Shown here piece by piece: positions 37,233 to 47,062 of a DNA stretch of 64,000 nt. The notes beneath the pieces were generated by a model. It made no database searches and was not told the origin of the DNA. It was given only the letters and a program-made list of their open reading frames with translations. The first letter of the stretch is position 1; each line of letters starts with the position of its first letter. Both the position numbers and the translations under genes were made by a program. The DNA is from Alphaproteobacteria bacterium (GTDB lineage: Bacteria > Pseudomonadota > Alphaproteobacteria > Micavibrionales > Micavibrionaceae), in the NCBI GenBank assembly GCA_049652985.1, contig JBASFK010000004.1, forward strand, positions 251,879 through 315,878, given 5' to 3'.

Positions 37233-39167
37233 TCAATTAATCCAGCGTTCATGCCAGGCCTGGAACATCAATGCGCCCCAGAGCTTTTGCGCGTTCGAGC
37301 CACGGTTTTCAAGGTGATCCTGCCACGCGGCGCGGATGACGCCTGCATCGAGCCCGGATTGCTCGAGCCTGTCCGTCGACAGCAGATTTTCCGCCCAGTC
37401 TTTGAGCGGCCCGCGCAGCCATGCGCCGACAGGAACGGCAAATCCTTGTTTCGGTCGCTCGAACAATTCTTCTGGTACGTGCCGTTTAAGAACCTGCCGC
37501 AGCAGCCACTTACCCTGGCCGCCCCGCATTTTGAAACGCTCAGGCAGTCGCCATGCATATTCATAGATGCGGCGATCAAGCAGCGGCGCGCGCGCCTCGA
37601 GCGACACCGCCATGCTGGCCCGGTCGACCTTGGTGAGAATATCGCCGGGAAGATAAAACAGCGCGTCCCAGTACATCATTTTTTCGGCGAATGAAAAATC
37701 ATGCGGCGGCTGGAAATCGCTGTCGCTCAGCAGCGTTTTTACGGCAACGTTATTGGCGACTGGCGGCGTCGGCCATTGGCCGAGAAGGCTTTGGTAAATC
37801 TCCTCCTGCGTGTTAAGGCCGAAAAGATCCGCCGCTTTGTGCATCAGGATTCCAGCCTGCGGACGGTTTTTGATCAATGTGTTCCAGCGCTCCGGCGGCA
37901 ACGTTTTAATGGCGCTGCCAACCGCGCGGCGCAAGGGTTTCGGCAGGAATTTGATGCGGTTCCAGAGTTTCGCGCCTGTCACATGGCGGTTATAACCGCC
38001 CAGCATTTCATCGCCGCCATCGCCCGAAAGTGCGACAGTGACATCACGTCGCGCGAACTGTGAAACCAGGTAAGTGGGAATGGCCGACATATCGGCGAAC
38101 GGCTCATCGTAAATCTCGGGAAGGCGGGGGATGACATTCAGCGCATCCTGCGCGCTTAAATAAATCTCATGGTGATCGGTCCCCAGATGCGCGGCAATTT
38201 TTTTCGCATGCGCGGCTTCATCGAAACCTTCTTCATGAAAGCCAATCGTATAAGTTTTCACCTTCTGGCCGGAAATTCTTTGCATCAATGCGACGACGCT
38301 GGAGCTGTCTATGCCACCGGAAAAAAACGCGCCGAGCGGGACATCGGAAATTAAACGATCACGCACGCATTCGGTCAGCAGTTCTTCAAATTCATTGATG
38401 ACGGCTTCATCACCGCCACCGATTTTTTTTGAACGGGCGTCTTCCACCACGCGCGTATGGTGCCAGTACGGCTCCATGCGGCTTTCCAGGTCTGCGTTCT
38501 GTTGAAGTCCTTCAATGCCGAGCGCGAGGCGGTGTCCGGCGGGCAGGCTCCAGACATTTTTATAGATGCAGGAGGGCGAGGGGACATAACCGTATTGCAG
38601 GAACAGCGAGAGCGCCTCGGGATTGATCGCCGCCTTAAACCCTGGGTGCGCGCGGAGTGCCTTAAGCTCCGACGCGAACACGAGTGCGCCCTCTGCCCAT
38701 CCAACATAAAGAGGTTTTTTGCCCAAACGGTCGCGCGCGAAATGAAGTTTGCGCTCTTTAGCGTCCCAGATGACGAAAGCGAACATGCCGTTGATTTTCT
38801 GCAAGGTCTGGTTGAGGCCCCACGCTTCCACAGCGGCAAGAATGGTTTCGGTATCGCTGCGTCCGCGGAACTGCACGCCCGAACGTTCGAGTTCCTTGCG
38901 CAAGTTCAGAAAATTGTAAATCTCGCCGTTAAAAACAATTGTGTACCGGCCCGAAGCCGAGCGCATGGGCTGTCGCCCCTCGGGTGAAAGGTCGATAATG
39001 GACAAGCGGCGGAAGGCAAAAACCAGCGGAACGTTATCGTCTATCCAGACCTGCCCGTCATCCGGGCCGCGATGACGCAGCGTGTCGGCCATGGCCCGAC
39101 CGCGCGCCTGCATGTCGGATCGGCGCGCCTCGTTTGCTAGGTTGAGAAAGCCTGTAAAACCGCACAT
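37233..39167 (-). CDS. asnB: Asparagine synthase (glutamine-hydrolysing), AsnB family
   Basis: N-terminal MCGF nucleophile; PP-loop FFSGGIDSS; 644 aa. Probably co-transcribed with the glycosyltransferase (10-bp gap). Confidence 0.9.
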   Translation of the reverse strand: MCGFTGFLNLANEARRSDMQARGRAMADTLRHRGPDDGQVWIDDNVPLVFAFRRLSIIDLSPEGRQPMRSASGRYTIVFNGEIYNFLNLRKELERSGVQFRGRSDTETILAAVEAWGLNQTLQKINGMFAFVIWDAKERKLHFARDRLGKKPLYVGWAEGALVFASELKALRAHPGFKAAINPEALSLFLQYGYVPSPSCIYKNVWSLPAGHRLALGIEGLQQNADLESRMEPYWHHTRVVEDARSKKIGGGDEAVINEFEELLTECVRDRLISDVPLGAFFSGGIDSSSVVALMQRISGQKVKTYTIGFHEEGFDEAAHAKKIAAHLGTDHHEIYLSAQDALNVIPRLPEIYDEPFADMSAIPTYLVSQFARRDVTVALSGDGGDEMLGGYNRHVTGAKLWNRIKFLPKPLRRAVGSAIKTLPPERWNTLIKNRPQAGILMHKAADLFGLNTQEEIYQSLLGQWPTPPVANNVAVKTLLSDSDFQPPHDFSFAEKMMYWDALFYLPGDILTKVDRASMAVSLEARAPLLDRRIYEYAWRLPERFKMRGGQGKWLLRQVLKRHVPEELFERPKQGFAVPVGAWLRGPLKDWAENLLSTDRLEQSGLDAGVIRAAWQDHLENRGSNAQKLWGALMFQAWHERWIN

Positions 39168-39259
39168 AGTGATCTATATTTATTCCGTTGGTTATCTGGT
39201 AAAATGTTATATCAGGACCAAAGCGGCCCGCCTACGGGCAAATGAGGGTGTAAATCCGC

Positions 39260-39859
39260 ATGGATATTGATCTTTTATTTACAAGCGAGGGTGAGGCAGG
39301 GCTCATCGCCAATGGCAATTTCGTCAAGAAAGCCATCGGCGTGGTGCTCGACAACAAGACCGGCATCCTGACTCTTGAATATGCCGATTCTGATTACATG
39401 GAATTCAATATCCCGGTTGAAGGCGACTTTTTCGCGGCGCTCGATGCCAACGCGCAAATCCATGTCGGCGCCATCAAGAACGGGAATATCGCGCAGGCCT
39501 ACCAGGTGCCGCTGATGTTTCTCGACGATCCTTACCGGGGTGAAATGCTGCGTGGTAACCGCGAACAGGGGAATCCGCTGCAGGCTTTCAATCATTTCGT
39601 CAAGCGCTGCACGACAGGCCAGCCCGTTCACCGTAACGACCTCGGCGATGAAAAATCCATGGGTTGCGTATTAGGCGAAGCCAGCCCGGCGAACCTGCAG
39701 TTCGCGCCGCATCTCGCAAGGCGTCATGCGCTTGAGGCCGGGCACAAAATTATTCCCACGCTCAATGTGCCGCATATTCATGGACCGGGTCTCGGAACAA
39801 CCAGTCCCGGTGGTCGCTCGATGTACCAGCAGCCGACGAAAAAGGACGACGACGAGTAA
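39260..39859 (+). CDS. Hypothetical protein
   Basis: 199-aa ORF. The N-terminal ~90 aa weakly resemble ORF 63562..63846. Confidence 0.45.
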   Translation: MDIDLLFTSEGEAGLIANGNFVKKAIGVVLDNKTGILTLEYADSDYMEFNIPVEGDFFAALDANAQIHVGAIKNGNIAQAYQVPLMFLDDPYRGEMLRGNREQGNPLQAFNHFVKRCTTGQPVHRNDLGDEKSMGCVLGEASPANLQFAPHLARRHALEAGHKIIPTLNVPHIHGPGLGTTSPGGRSMYQQPTKKDDDE

Positions 39860-40939
39860 TCAATTACCCGGCGCGGCCTCGGCAGCCTTTTCCTCTTTCA
39901 CTTCTTTTTGAGCCTCAGCTTTGGATTGTTTTTCTTTTTCACGGCGGATGATGCGCCATTCGGAAACGTTTTTCTGATGCTCGGAATGCGTTTCCGAGAA
40001 AATATGCCCGCCGGTTCCATCAGCGACGAAATAAATGAAATTATGCTCTTCGGGATGCAGCACGGCTTCGAGCGATGCCTTGCCCGGGTTTGCAATGGGG
40101 CCGGGCGGCAGACCGGGATGCAGGTACGTGTTATAAGGTGAATCGAATTCAAGGTCTTTTTTTAGCAGGCGGCGGCCCAGTGGTCCGGTGCCTTCGCTTT
40201 TCGGTTTTCCCTTCGTAAGCGCGTAAATGACGGTGGGGTCGGTCTGTAATGCGATGTTTTTTCTCAGGCGGTTGATGAACACCCCCGCGACGCGTTTTCT
40301 TTCTGAAGCTACGCCCGTTTCCTTCTCCACGATGGAGGCGAGTGTAACGGCTTCTTCCTTGGTGCTGAAGGGAAGATTCTGCGCACGGGTCGGCCATAAT
40401 TCCTCGATCGCCTTGGTCATCCCTTCCTGCATGCGGGTGATAATATCCTGCTTGTTTTCTTTCAGGCGGTAATCGTAAGTCTCGGGCAGCAGCGAACCCT
40501 CGGATGGCATATTCGCGACATTACCTTCCATGTCACCGAGTTTGTTCACGAGCTTCACAATTTCAAAGCTCGTCAGCCCCTCGGGGATCGTAATGCGGCG
40601 ACCGTAAATGCGCCCGTCGCGGATCATGCGCATGATGCTGCTGGCGCTGGCGAGGGGCTGGATTTCATACTCGCCCGCTTTCAGGTCACCCTGCGCGCTG
40701 AGGATCGTCGTGCCGAACAGGAAAATCAATTCGCTTTCGATCGCACCCGCGCCGTCCAGTTTTCCTGCAATGGCTCGCAGGCCAGAGCCGGTGGGAATTT
40801 CAACCAGGGTTGTTTCCAGCAGGGGGCCGGGTTTCTGGAACTGCCATGCCGCCCACCAGAAAGCGATTGCCGATAAAACGACGCACAGCGTGGCGGTGAA
40901 AACCAGCCCGCCCAGAAACCATTGATCGGATTTTTTCAT
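39860..40939 (-). CDS. mltG: Endolytic murein transglycosylase MltG (YceG-like)
   Basis: N-terminal TM helix, LASIVEKETG motif, YNTYLHPGLPPGPIANPG. Lys/Glu-rich C-terminal tail. Confidence 0.92.
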   Translation of the reverse strand: MKKSDQWFLGGLVFTATLCVVLSAIAFWWAAWQFQKPGPLLETTLVEIPTGSGLRAIAGKLDGAGAIESELIFLFGTTILSAQGDLKAGEYEIQPLASASSIMRMIRDGRIYGRRITIPEGLTSFEIVKLVNKLGDMEGNVANMPSEGSLLPETYDYRLKENKQDIITRMQEGMTKAIEELWPTRAQNLPFSTKEEAVTLASIVEKETGVASERKRVAGVFINRLRKNIALQTDPTVIYALTKGKPKSEGTGPLGRRLLKKDLEFDSPYNTYLHPGLPPGPIANPGKASLEAVLHPEEHNFIYFVADGTGGHIFSETHSEHQKNVSEWRIIRREKEKQSKAEAQKEVKEEKAAEAAPGN

Positions 40940-40941
40940 CT

Positions 40942-42219
40942 CTAGATCGCCCTGACGATCAGGCTGGCGTTCGTGCCGCCAAAACCGAAAGAATTGGAAA
41001 GAGCGACTTTAACTTTTTTCTGCTTCGCCGTTTTCGGCACAAGATCGATACCCTTGCAGGCTTCAGAAACATTCTCAAGGTTCAGCGTCGGCGGCAGTGC
41101 GCCGCTTTCAATCGCCTTGATGGAGTAAATTGCCTCCACCGCGCCCGCCGCGCCGAGCAAATGGCCGATCGCCGATTTGGTCGAAGACATGGAGACTTTA
41201 TTGAGCGCGTTCGCGAATAATCTTTTGACCGCCGTGCATTCGATGCCATCGCCCAGCGGCGTCGATGTGCCGTGCGCGTTGATGTAATCGATATCTTCGG
41301 GGTTCAGCTTCGCGCGTTTCAGCGCGGCCTGCATGGCGCGGAAGCCGCCATTTCCGTCTTCGGATGGGGATGTGATGTGATAGGCGTCACCCGACATGCC
41401 GTAGCCGATGACTTCCGCGTAAATTTTCGCGCCGCGTTTTTTCGCGTGCTCGTATTCTTCAAGAACGACAACGCCTGCGCCCTCGGCGATGACGAATCCG
41501 TCGCGGCCTTCATCGAAGGGGCGTGAGGCCTCGGTCGGTCGGTCGTTGTAACCGGTTGAGAGAGCGCGCGCGGCGGCAAAGCTCGCGACGCCGAAACGGT
41601 TAACGGCGGCTTCGGCTCCGCCCGCGATCATGACATCGGCGTCGTCGAACGCGATCATGCGCGCGGCATCGCCGATGGCATGGGTGCCGGTGGCGCAGGC
41701 CGTCACGACGGAATGATTGGGGCCCTTGAAGCCGTAACGGATGGAAACAAGCCCGGAAGCGAGGTTGATCAATTGTGCGGGCACTGTGAAGGGCGAGAGA
41801 CGGCGCGGCCCGCGTTCGGCCATTGTAATGACCGCGTCATGCGTGGTTCCCAGGCCGCCGATGCCCGAGCCGATTAGAACGCCAGTGCGGTATAAATCTT
41901 CATCGTCCGTAGGTTTCCAGCCGGAATCCTCGATGGCTTCCTGCGCGGCAGCCATGCCGAATGTGATGAAAGTGTCGGTCTTGCGCTGCTCCTTCGGCTC
42001 CATGAACAAATTCACGTTGAATGCGCCGTCCTTGGGATTTTCATCCTCGGTGCGCGGTACGACGCCCGCGATATGCGAGGAGATATCCGTGAGATCAAAA
42101 GACTCGATTTTCTTGATACCGCTTTTGCCCGCGGTAAGGGTAGCCCAGTTATGCGCGACGCCGAAACCCAGCGGCGACACCATTCCCATGCCTGTGACTA
42201 CAACGCGTCTCATGGTCAT
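40942..42219 (-). CDS. fabF: Beta-ketoacyl-ACP synthase II
   Basis: 425 aa, full-length KAS II (VVTACATG...HGTSTPLGD...NSFGFGGTNASL). Confidence 0.97.
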   Translation of the reverse strand: MTMRRVVVTGMGMVSPLGFGVAHNWATLTAGKSGIKKIESFDLTDISSHIAGVVPRTEDENPKDGAFNVNLFMEPKEQRKTDTFITFGMAAAQEAIEDSGWKPTDDEDLYRTGVLIGSGIGGLGTTHDAVITMAERGPRRLSPFTVPAQLINLASGLVSIRYGFKGPNHSVVTACATGTHAIGDAARMIAFDDADVMIAGGAEAAVNRFGVASFAAARALSTGYNDRPTEASRPFDEGRDGFVIAEGAGVVVLEEYEHAKKRGAKIYAEVIGYGMSGDAYHITSPSEDGNGGFRAMQAALKRAKLNPEDIDYINAHGTSTPLGDGIECTAVKRLFANALNKVSMSSTKSAIGHLLGAAGAVEAIYSIKAIESGALPPTLNLENVSEACKGIDLVPKTAKQKKVKVALSNSFGFGGTNASLIVRAI

Positions 42220-42244
42220 AAAATATATGTCCGGAAGGCATAAT

Positions 42245-42279
42245 AAAAGCCCCGATTTCTAAAGAAAAAAGGGGCTTTT
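42245..42279 (-). terminator. Hairpin between acpP and fabF (possible partial terminator)
   Basis: AAAAGCCCC (42245-42253) / GGGGCTTTT (42271-42279). The loop is long (17 nt) and the T-tail on the minus strand is weak. Confidence 0.4.
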
Positions 42280-42288
42280 GAATGGAAC

Positions 42289-42531
<243 letters not shown>

Positions 42532-42647
42532 AATTCCCTATGTTTTATTATGCTAATTGTTTGACAAGACCCGGACTTTACCAGCCTTAAAACTCTTTGC
42601 AAGTCTTTTATGGAAGTATCATATTCCGTAAATATTACAAGGGTTTT

Positions 42648-43319
42648 TCAGGCAAAAAGACGCTCGCGTATGTGGATAAGCGACGTGAAAATCTCAGCCG
42701 CTCCGGCCCTTCTCAACTTCTCCGCGTAACTCTTTTGATCGGTGTGTGTGCCGACGAATCCGAACGTCTTCATTCCCGCCGCAACCGCACCCGTCACGCC
42801 TGCAACGCTGTCCTCGATGACGAGGCATTTATTGGTTTGTGCGTTCAGCCGCTCCGCCGCCAGCAGGAATAAATCCGGCGCGGGCTTGGGGTTTGGTGCC
42901 ATCAGGCCTGTGAAAATATAACTCTCCTCGAAATATTTTTTCACACCCGCCACCTCCAGCGAAGAAATCACGTTGTCGCGCTGACCGTTCGAAACCACGC
43001 AGATTTTAACTCTTTTCGAAGCTTCGGCTACCAGTTCCAGAGCGCCGGGAATGGTTTTCATCTGCCCGGGCGCAAGTTTTTCCACCAGCGCGATATAACG
43101 CTCTATGATGTCAGCGGGAAAAATATGGCCCGTCTCTTTCGATATGCCATCCAGAATATGCTTGAGGCGAAGTCCGACGAAATGCTCGAAAGCGTAATCC
43201 ATATCGTACTGCGCGAGGCCTTCGCCGTGTAGCAGCTGAATGGTTGCGAAATTGTTCAGATATTCTGAATCGACCAGCGTGCCGTCGCAGTCGAAAATGA
43301 GAAGGTCGAAATCATTCAT
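42648..43319 (-). CDS. HAD-superfamily hydrolase
   Basis: DLLIFDCDGTLVDSE (DxDGT motif). The start ATG at 43319-43317 overlaps the fabG stop (TAATG). The longer 320-aa ORF was rejected. Confidence 0.85.
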   Translation of the reverse strand: MNDFDLLIFDCDGTLVDSEYLNNFATIQLLHGEGLAQYDMDYAFEHFVGLRLKHILDGISKETGHIFPADIIERYIALVEKLAPGQMKTIPGALELVAEASKRVKICVVSNGQRDNVISSLEVAGVKKYFEESYIFTGLMAPNPKPAPDLFLLAAERLNAQTNKCLVIEDSVAGVTGAVAAGMKTFGFVGTHTDQKSYAEKLRRAGAAEIFTSLIHIRERLFA

Positions 43320-44056
43320 TAAATCATCGCCAGTCCGCCATTCACATGAATGGTCTGGCCGGTGACGTAGGCGGCTTCCTCGCTCGCGAGATAAACGGCC
43401 GCGGCGGCGATGTCTTCCGAACTTCCCATCTTGCCCGCCGGGATGTTGGCGGTGATGCGGCCCTTCTGATCGTCGTTCAGCGTGTCCGTCATGGCTGTGG
43501 CGATGAAGCCGGGGGCTATGCAATTCACGGTGATGTTGCGCGATGCGATTTCCTGCGCCATCGCCTTGCTCCAGCCGATCATGCCGGCTTTGCTTGCAAC
43601 GTAATTGCACTGGCCGGGATTGCCGGTAACCCCGACGACCGAGGCCACGTTGATGATACGGCCCCAGCGGCGCTTCATCATTCCTCTTTGTAGAGCCTGC
43701 GCGAGTTTGAACGTCGAGGTCATGTTGACGTTGATCACTTCATTCCATTCATCGTCCTTCATGCGCATCGAAAGATTATCGCGCGTCAGGCCCGCATTGT
43801 TCACAAGGATATCGACCTGGCCCATAGCCTCTTCGGCGCGCTTGGCGAGATCCACTGCGGCTTCTCCCGACGACAGGTCTGCGGCAAGAATAGAAACCCG
43901 CTCGCCGAGTTCGGCGGCGAGGGCTTTGAGCTTCTCTTCATTCCGGCCCGATATGCCGACATGCGCGCCCTGCGCGTGCAATGCCTTGGCGACTGCCCCG
44001 CCAATGCCGCCCGTGGCGCCTGTGACGAGTGCTTTTTTGCCGGTCAGATTGAACAT
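43319..44056 (-). CDS. fabG: 3-oxoacyl-ACP reductase
   Basis: ALVTGATGGIGGA...NNAG...YVASKAG. SDR family, 245 aa. Confidence 0.96.
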   Translation of the reverse strand: MFNLTGKKALVTGATGGIGGAVAKALHAQGAHVGISGRNEEKLKALAAELGERVSILAADLSSGEAAVDLAKRAEEAMGQVDILVNNAGLTRDNLSMRMKDDEWNEVINVNMTSTFKLAQALQRGMMKRRWGRIINVASVVGVTGNPGQCNYVASKAGMIGWSKAMAQEIASRNITVNCIAPGFIATAMTDTLNDDQKGRITANIPAGKMGSSEDIAAAAVYLASEEAAYVTGQTIHVNGGLAMI

Positions 44057-44235
44057 GAAGTCGCCCTTTCGAAAAACTGATCCCTAGGACTTAAAAAACG
44101 CCTGCCTATAAAGCAAGGCTTATCGCTGTTGACATAACAATATTAAGGGATTATAGCCCCTTTTTACGCGATTTTAAGCCTTTTGGGCGACACTGGGTAC
44201 GAGGCCAAACGGCCGGGAATAAGGGGTTAATAACG

Positions 44236-44472
44236 ATGGCAAAAGCCACGCAGACTAATAAAGCAGCAAAAACGAACCTAGGCGATTTCCGCTCGGTGGA
44301 CTCGCTGGTGCTCAGCAATATCGTCAGCGCCTTCAGGCCGGACGAAATCGGGCTGAGCAAAGCGTGGGAAGAATTCTACATCGCCTGCCAGGCTGCAAAT
44401 GCCAGCCACGAATTCCTGCGTGCGATCCATGACATCAAGGAATCAATAGAGGATGCCGAGCGATGCGCGTGA
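44236..44472 (+). CDS. Small hypothetical protein (78 aa), antisense-oriented inside the fab cluster
   Basis: ORF-track entry. No family recognised. Confidence 0.3.
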   Translation: MAKATQTNKAAKTNLGDFRSVDSLVLSNIVSAFRPDEIGLSKAWEEFYIACQAANASHEFLRAIHDIKESIEDAERCA

Positions 44473-44621
44473 TGTTTTCACTTCCTTCGCAACTTGTCGC
44501 CGAATTCAAGGCCGGGGCCGGGAATGAACTTCCCAAATTAAAGGCATTTCATGAAAAGCATGGCCATGCCGAAGTCGCGCTTGCTATGCAGGTTGCCGCC
44601 AACGCAACGAACAATCTTTAA
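44463..44621 (+). CDS. Small hypothetical ORF (52 aa) overlapping the previous one by 10 nt
   Basis: Manual translation gives MRVMFSLPSQLVAEFKAGAGNELPKLKAFHEKHGHAEVALAMQVAANATNNL. It is below the ORF-track size cut-off. No family recognised. Confidence 0.2.
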   Translation: MRVMFSLPSQLVAEFKAGAGNELPKLKAFHEKHGHAEVALAMQVAANATNNL

Positions 44622-44624
44622 TCA

Positions 44625-45560
44625 TCAGCCTTTAAGTTTCGCGATCAGGGCTTCGATCTGTTCGGGGCTTGAGACGCTGTCGACGGCGATATCCTTATCG
44701 ATGCGCTTCACTAATCCATTCAGAACTTTCCCTGCGCCAAGCTCAATCATTTCCGTCACGCCCTGCGCTTTCATCCAGAGAACGGACTCGCGCCAGCGCA
44801 CCATGCCGGTGATCTGCTGAACCAATAGTTTCTTAATCTGCGTGGGGTCTGTAACGGATTGCGCCGTCACGTTCGAAACAATAGCAGGCGAGGGCGTTTT
44901 CAGATTTGTCTCGTTGAGCGCGCCTTCCATGATCCTTGCAGCTGGTTCCATTAATGAACAATGAAACGGCGCGGAGACCGGAAGCAGGATCGCGCGTTTC
45001 GCCCCGCGCTCGGTTGCGAGTTGAATGGCTTTTTCGACAGCATCTTTTTTGCCGCTGATCACGACCTGCCCGGTGGAATTGTCATTCGCAACTTCGCTGC
45101 CGGAATCTTTTGCGACCTGCTGCACGTCTTCAAAGCTGAGACCGAGAACCGCGGTCATCGCGCCCACGCCGACCGGCACGGCCTTTTGCATCGATTGCCC
45201 GCGCAACGATAAAAGTTTCGCGGTGACAGGGATTTCAAGGGAACCCGCCGCCGTCAGTGCCGAATATTCCCCCAGAGAATGACCCGCCACGAACTTTGCG
45301 GCTTTGGCCAAATCGACGCCGCCCTGTTTCTGCAGCACGCGTACGACGGCCATCGAAACCGCCATCAGGGCGGGCTGGGTGTTCTCGGTCAGGTTGAGGT
45401 CGGTATCCGGGCCCTCGAAGATGATTTTACTTAATTTCTTGCCCAGCGATTCGTCGATTTCGTCAAAAACGTCCCGCGCTTCGGCAAAAGCGTCATATAA
45501 ATCTTTGCCCATGCCCACAGCCTGTGAACCCTGCCCCGGGAAGATGAAAGCGCGTGTCAT
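44625..45560 (-). CDS. fabD: Malonyl-CoA:ACP transacylase
   Basis: FIFPGQGSQ...GHSLGEYSAL. Confidence 0.95.
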   Translation of the reverse strand: MTRAFIFPGQGSQAVGMGKDLYDAFAEARDVFDEIDESLGKKLSKIIFEGPDTDLNLTENTQPALMAVSMAVVRVLQKQGGVDLAKAAKFVAGHSLGEYSALTAAGSLEIPVTAKLLSLRGQSMQKAVPVGVGAMTAVLGLSFEDVQQVAKDSGSEVANDNSTGQVVISGKKDAVEKAIQLATERGAKRAILLPVSAPFHCSLMEPAARIMEGALNETNLKTPSPAIVSNVTAQSVTDPTQIKKLLVQQITGMVRWRESVLWMKAQGVTEMIELGAGKVLNGLVKRIDKDIAVDSVSSPEQIEALIAKLKG

Positions 45561-45842
45561 ATTTACCTCAAGTTATTGTCCTAAAACGAATTATTTTGTA
45601 ATAAAATTACCGAAAACATGCGGTTGCAGGTCATTTAATTTCGCACCGCACCATAATTCCTTTAGAAAAACTTTGTGATTTTCAGGTGCCTGTGAAACTA
45701 TAAATCATCAAACTATGGCTGATTTAGCAGAAGGATTGCTGCTTTCAAAGAGGGGAATTTCCGGATCGGCCTCTAGGGACTGCGTCATAAATAAAAAAGC
45801 GGCATCAACCGCCGAACAGATTACCTGAACAGGGGATTTATT

Positions 45843-46154
45843 GTGAGCCTATCCGTCCATCAAAGGATTCGTATTCTTATTGAACAAACGACTGACGCAT
45901 TCGCCTGCTATGACGCGGTTAATGCCGATTATGCTGAATTTGCAACCCTGGCCCTGTCGGACTTCAAGGATGCCCTGGACAAGCCCAACCTGACCCGCGG
46001 CCAGCTTACCCATATGCTGCGCCGGGGCATGATCAAGCATAGCGACAAGGCGCCCGGCTCATGGTCCGCCTTCATGGCCGCCCATATCGCCCGGGCCGCC
46101 AATCTCGATCCGTCGCCCGATGGGGGCTTTTATCGCTCCATCCGGGACGAATAG
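45843..46154 (+). CDS. Hypothetical protein
   Basis: 103-aa ORF with host-like composition. No family recognised. Confidence 0.4.
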   Translation: MSLSVHQRIRILIEQTTDAFACYDAVNADYAEFATLALSDFKDALDKPNLTRGQLTHMLRRGMIKHSDKAPGSWSAFMAAHIARAANLDPSPDGGFYRSIRDE

Positions 46155-46313
46155 GCCCATACCGGCCCATAAAATCCCACAAAAACCCTTGCTTTCTCCC
46201 CCAGAAAGGGGCTAAAACCCCTCATCTTTTGAACCATAACCTCGCTGGCATTTGATATGTCAGCTTTCCCCCGAAGATTAGCGGGGGTCATAAACCGAGA
46301 GGAGCATTGAAAA

Positions 46314-46667
46314 ATGCCTGTCTATGAAACCGTGTTTATCGCACGCCAGGATTTGACCGAAGCACAGGTCAAGGATCTGACCGATAAATTCTCCAAGATC
46401 GTCACCGACCTGAAGGGCAAGATTTTGAAGACCGAATACTGGGGTCTTCGTACGCTGGCCTACAGAATTAAAAAAGCCCGCAAGGCGCATTACGTTCTCA
46501 TTGAGACGGATGCGCCCGGCGAAGCCGTCATCGAGCTCGAGCGTAACCTGCGCCTGCACGAGGACATCATGCGCAGCCTGACTGTTCGCCGCAATGAACC
46601 GTCGAAAGCGCAATCCGCGATCCTCGATAAAGAGAAGCGCTACGATGAAGAGAAGGAAGCTGCATAA
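46314..46667 (+). CDS. rpsF: 30S ribosomal protein S6
   Basis: [14 protein letters not shown]...[13 protein letters not shown]. Confidence 0.95.
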   Translation: MPVYETVFIARQDLTEAQVKDLTDKFSKIVTDLKGKILKTEYWGLRTLAYRIKKARKAHYVLIETDAPGEAVIELERNLRLHEDIMRSLTVRRNEPSKAQSAILDKEKRYDEEKEAA

Positions 46668-47044
46668 TGAGCACCGAACAATCCAACGTAAAACGTCCGT
46701 TTTTCCGCCGCAGGAAAACCTGCCCGTTCTCCGGCCCGAATGCGCCACAGATCGACTGGAAGGATCTGCGCATGCTGGGACGTTACATCTCCGAGCGCGG
46801 CAAGATCATACCGAGCCGCATCACCGCCGTTTCGCAAAAGAAACAGCGTGAACTGGCTGTGGCGATCAAGCAGGCACGCTTCATGGCGATCCTGCCCTAT
46901 GTTCGCACCGAACAGGAAGGCGGCGGACGCCCATACAATAAAGGCCCGAAAGAGTACGGCTCACGCGACTACGGTTCGCGCGATCGCGACTCCGGATCCC
47001 GTGAAAGAAGCGCCGGTCCCCGTGAACGCACACCGCGCGAATAA
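46667..47044 (+). CDS. rpsR: 30S ribosomal protein S18 with a long Arg/Gly/Ser/Asp-rich C-terminal tail
   Basis: [10 protein letters not shown]...[25 protein letters not shown]...[20 protein letters not shown], followed by a ~45-aa tail. Confidence 0.93.
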   Translation: MSTEQSNVKRPFFRRRKTCPFSGPNAPQIDWKDLRMLGRYISERGKIIPSRITAVSQKKQRELAVAIKQARFMAILPYVRTEQEGGGRPYNKGPKEYGSRDYGSRDRDSGSRERSAGPRERTPRE

Positions 47045-47062
47045 AGGTAAAGGAACAAGATC

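Noticed and set aside
42648-43610. 320-aa version of the HAD hydrolase ORF
   Set aside because: The first 97 codons lie inside fabG in another frame and translate to Arg/His-rich nonsense. The DxDGT motif sits right after the internal ATG at 43319, which is coupled to the fabG stop.
46268-46287. Hairpin CCCCCG-AAGATTAG-CGGGGG in the rpsF leader as the S6:S18 autoregulatory element
   Set aside because: The position is right (about 30 nt before the rpsF ATG), but I cannot verify the specific conserved internal-loop features of that motif from memory. A covariance-model search is needed.
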